From: an uncultured bacterium
GTDB lineage: Bacteria > Planctomycetota > UBA1135 > GCA-002686595
DNA length: 64,000 bases
Assembly (NCBI GenBank): GCA_943787795.1
Contig: CALSNU010000003.1
Location: 480,001-544,000, forward strand
Direction of reading: 5' to 3'
Shown here: piece by piece, positions 62,733-64,000 of the stretch
Layout of the letters: each line of letters opens with the position of its first letter
Position numbering within the stretch: position 1 is the first letter of the stretch
Notes under the pieces: model-generated
Database searches by the model: none
What the model was told of the DNA's origin: nothing
The model's input: the letters and a program-made list of their open reading frames with translations, nothing else
Position numbers and translations under genes: made by a program

Positions 62733-64000
62733 CGGGACCCTCCCGCAGCCGGAGCCGCTACCGCAGCCGCAGCCTGGGCTGCGGAGAAGGCCTCCACCGC
62801 GCGCCACACGCGCAGGGTGTTGCCGGACCAGATCTTCTCGATGTCCTCGGCCGAGTAGCCACGCCGGACCAGCTCGAGCGTGACGTTCCAGGTCTCGCTG
62901 GCGTCGCTCCAGCCCTCGATGCCGCCGCCTCCGTCGAAGTCAGAGCTGATGGCCACATGGTCCACGCCGATACGGCGGACGGCGTGGTCGATGTGATCCA
63001 CGAAGTCACGGACGTTGGCGCGCTCGCGGGCCTCGTCGAAGGCGCGGACGCGTTCGCGGAGCGTCCGGTTGAGGGCGCGCACCTCCGGGTCGGAGCTCGC
63101 GGGTCGGCTGCCCTGCTGCGGGGGTAGCCCGAGCTCCTCGCGGGTCCGCCGGATGAAGCCCCGGCGGTCTCCGTCGTCCTTCACGTAGCTCGCGAAGGCC
63201 ACGCACTGGATCACGCCGCCGTTCGCCTTGAGCGCGTCGAGCTCCGCGTCGCTCAGGTTGCGCCCGTGCAGTCGGACGGCGTCCACGCCGGAGTGGGAGG
63301 CGATCACCGGGGCCTTCGAGTGCGCGATGGCCTCGAGGCTGGTCTTCTCGGAGGCGTGGGAGATGTCGACCATGATTCCCACGCGGTTCATCTCCTCGAT
63401 GGCGCGGCGCCCGAGGTCCGAGAGCCCGCCGTGCAGCGGCTCGTCCGCCGGCGTGTTGGAGTCGCCGAGCTGGCTGTGCTTGTTGTGGGTGAGGCTCATG
63501 TACCGAGCCCCTCGCCCGTGGAACGTCTCGATGGCAGAGAGGTCCTCGCCCATGGCGTAGCCGTTCTCGATCCCGATGCAGGCCACAAGGCGGCCCTCGG
63601 CGGCGATTCGCTCCACGTCCGCTGCGCTGCGGGCGAGGCCGATCTCGTCGGGGAAGCGCTCGGCCATGCGCTCGATGGCGTCGAACTTGGCGTCGGCGGC
63701 GGCGCGTGCCCTGGAGAAGGCCTCGGGGGTGAGGTCCCCCTGCCCGACGTAGACGATGAAGAACGCGACATCGAGGCCGCCGCTGCGCATCTTCGGGAAG
63801 TCCACCTGGTTGCGGCCCCAGACCCGCGGGTCGCTGCGCAGGAGGAAGCGGCGCAGCGCCGCGGGGTCCTCGGGGATCTCCACAGAGGCCAGGGACGTCG
63901 AGATGTCCTTGTGGGTGTCGAGGGTCAAGGCGGCGGCGTGGATCGCCCGCGCGCGCTCGAGGATCGCCGTCTCGGGCCCCGCACCAAGGATCCAGCACTG
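62729..64000 (-). CDS. membrane dipeptidase (peptidase M19, renal dipeptidase family), 5' truncated by window edge
   Basis: DTHKD, QVDFPKM..GGLD, GIENG, MVDISH, ASHSG, HGRNLSD, SSDFDGGG; frame open to 64000. Confidence 0.93.
   Translation of the reverse strand, partial: QCWILGAGPETAILERARAIHAAALTLDTHKDISTSLASVEIPEDPAALRRFLLRSDPRVWGRNQVDFPKMRSGGLDVAFFIVYVGQGDLTPEAFSRARAAADAKFDAIERMAERFPDEIGLARSAADVERIAAEGRLVACIGIENGYAMGEDLSAIETFHGRGARYMSLTHNKHSQLGDSNTPADEPLHGGLSDLGRRAIEEMNRVGIMVDISHASEKTSLEAIAHSKAPVIASHSGVDAVRLHGRNLSDAELDALKANGGVIQCVAFASYVKDDGDRRGFIRRTREELGLPPQQGSRPASSDPEVRALNRTLRERVRAFDEARERANVRDFVDHIDHAVRRIGVDHVAISSDFDGGGGIEGWSDASETWNVTLELVRRGYSAEDIEKIWSGNTLRVWRAVEAFSAAQAAAAVAAPAAGGSR

Overview
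High-GC (roughly 70% by eye), gene-dense bacterial window, most likely from a planctomycete. The DUF1592/DUF1588+DUF1552 pair, PQQ-like propeller, carboxypeptidase-regulatory repeat protein, fused ccoNO and a recurrent Cys/FQxWxRD C-terminal domain point to an uncultured OM190-like lineage (inference). Housekeeping genes include moeA-mogA, acnB, thrB-thrC, a YgiQ radical SAM protein and a DnaQ-like exonuclease. There are many secreted hydrolases (amidohydrolase pair, GH51, M14, M19, SGNH/SASA esterase), a kinase-STAND-TPR protein, three pseudogene-like loci and several short intergenic tandem repeats. No rRNA, tRNA, CRISPR array or mobile element was recognised. The most striking observation is an intact, full-length cbb3-type ccoNO-ccoP locus (57924-60819, minus strand). 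Its CcoN domain has lost four of the six canonical His metal ligands and the cross-linked Tyr, while the CcoO and CcoP heme-c motifs are intact, making it a candidate repurposed non-oxidase member of the heme-copper superfamily. Other leads are a rhomboid protease coupled to a protein with a TM+poly-Arg tail, a possible lineage-specific C-terminal sorting domain, and a GspG-like domain at the C-terminus of a large secreted protein. All family calls are from motif recognition by eye, with no database search.
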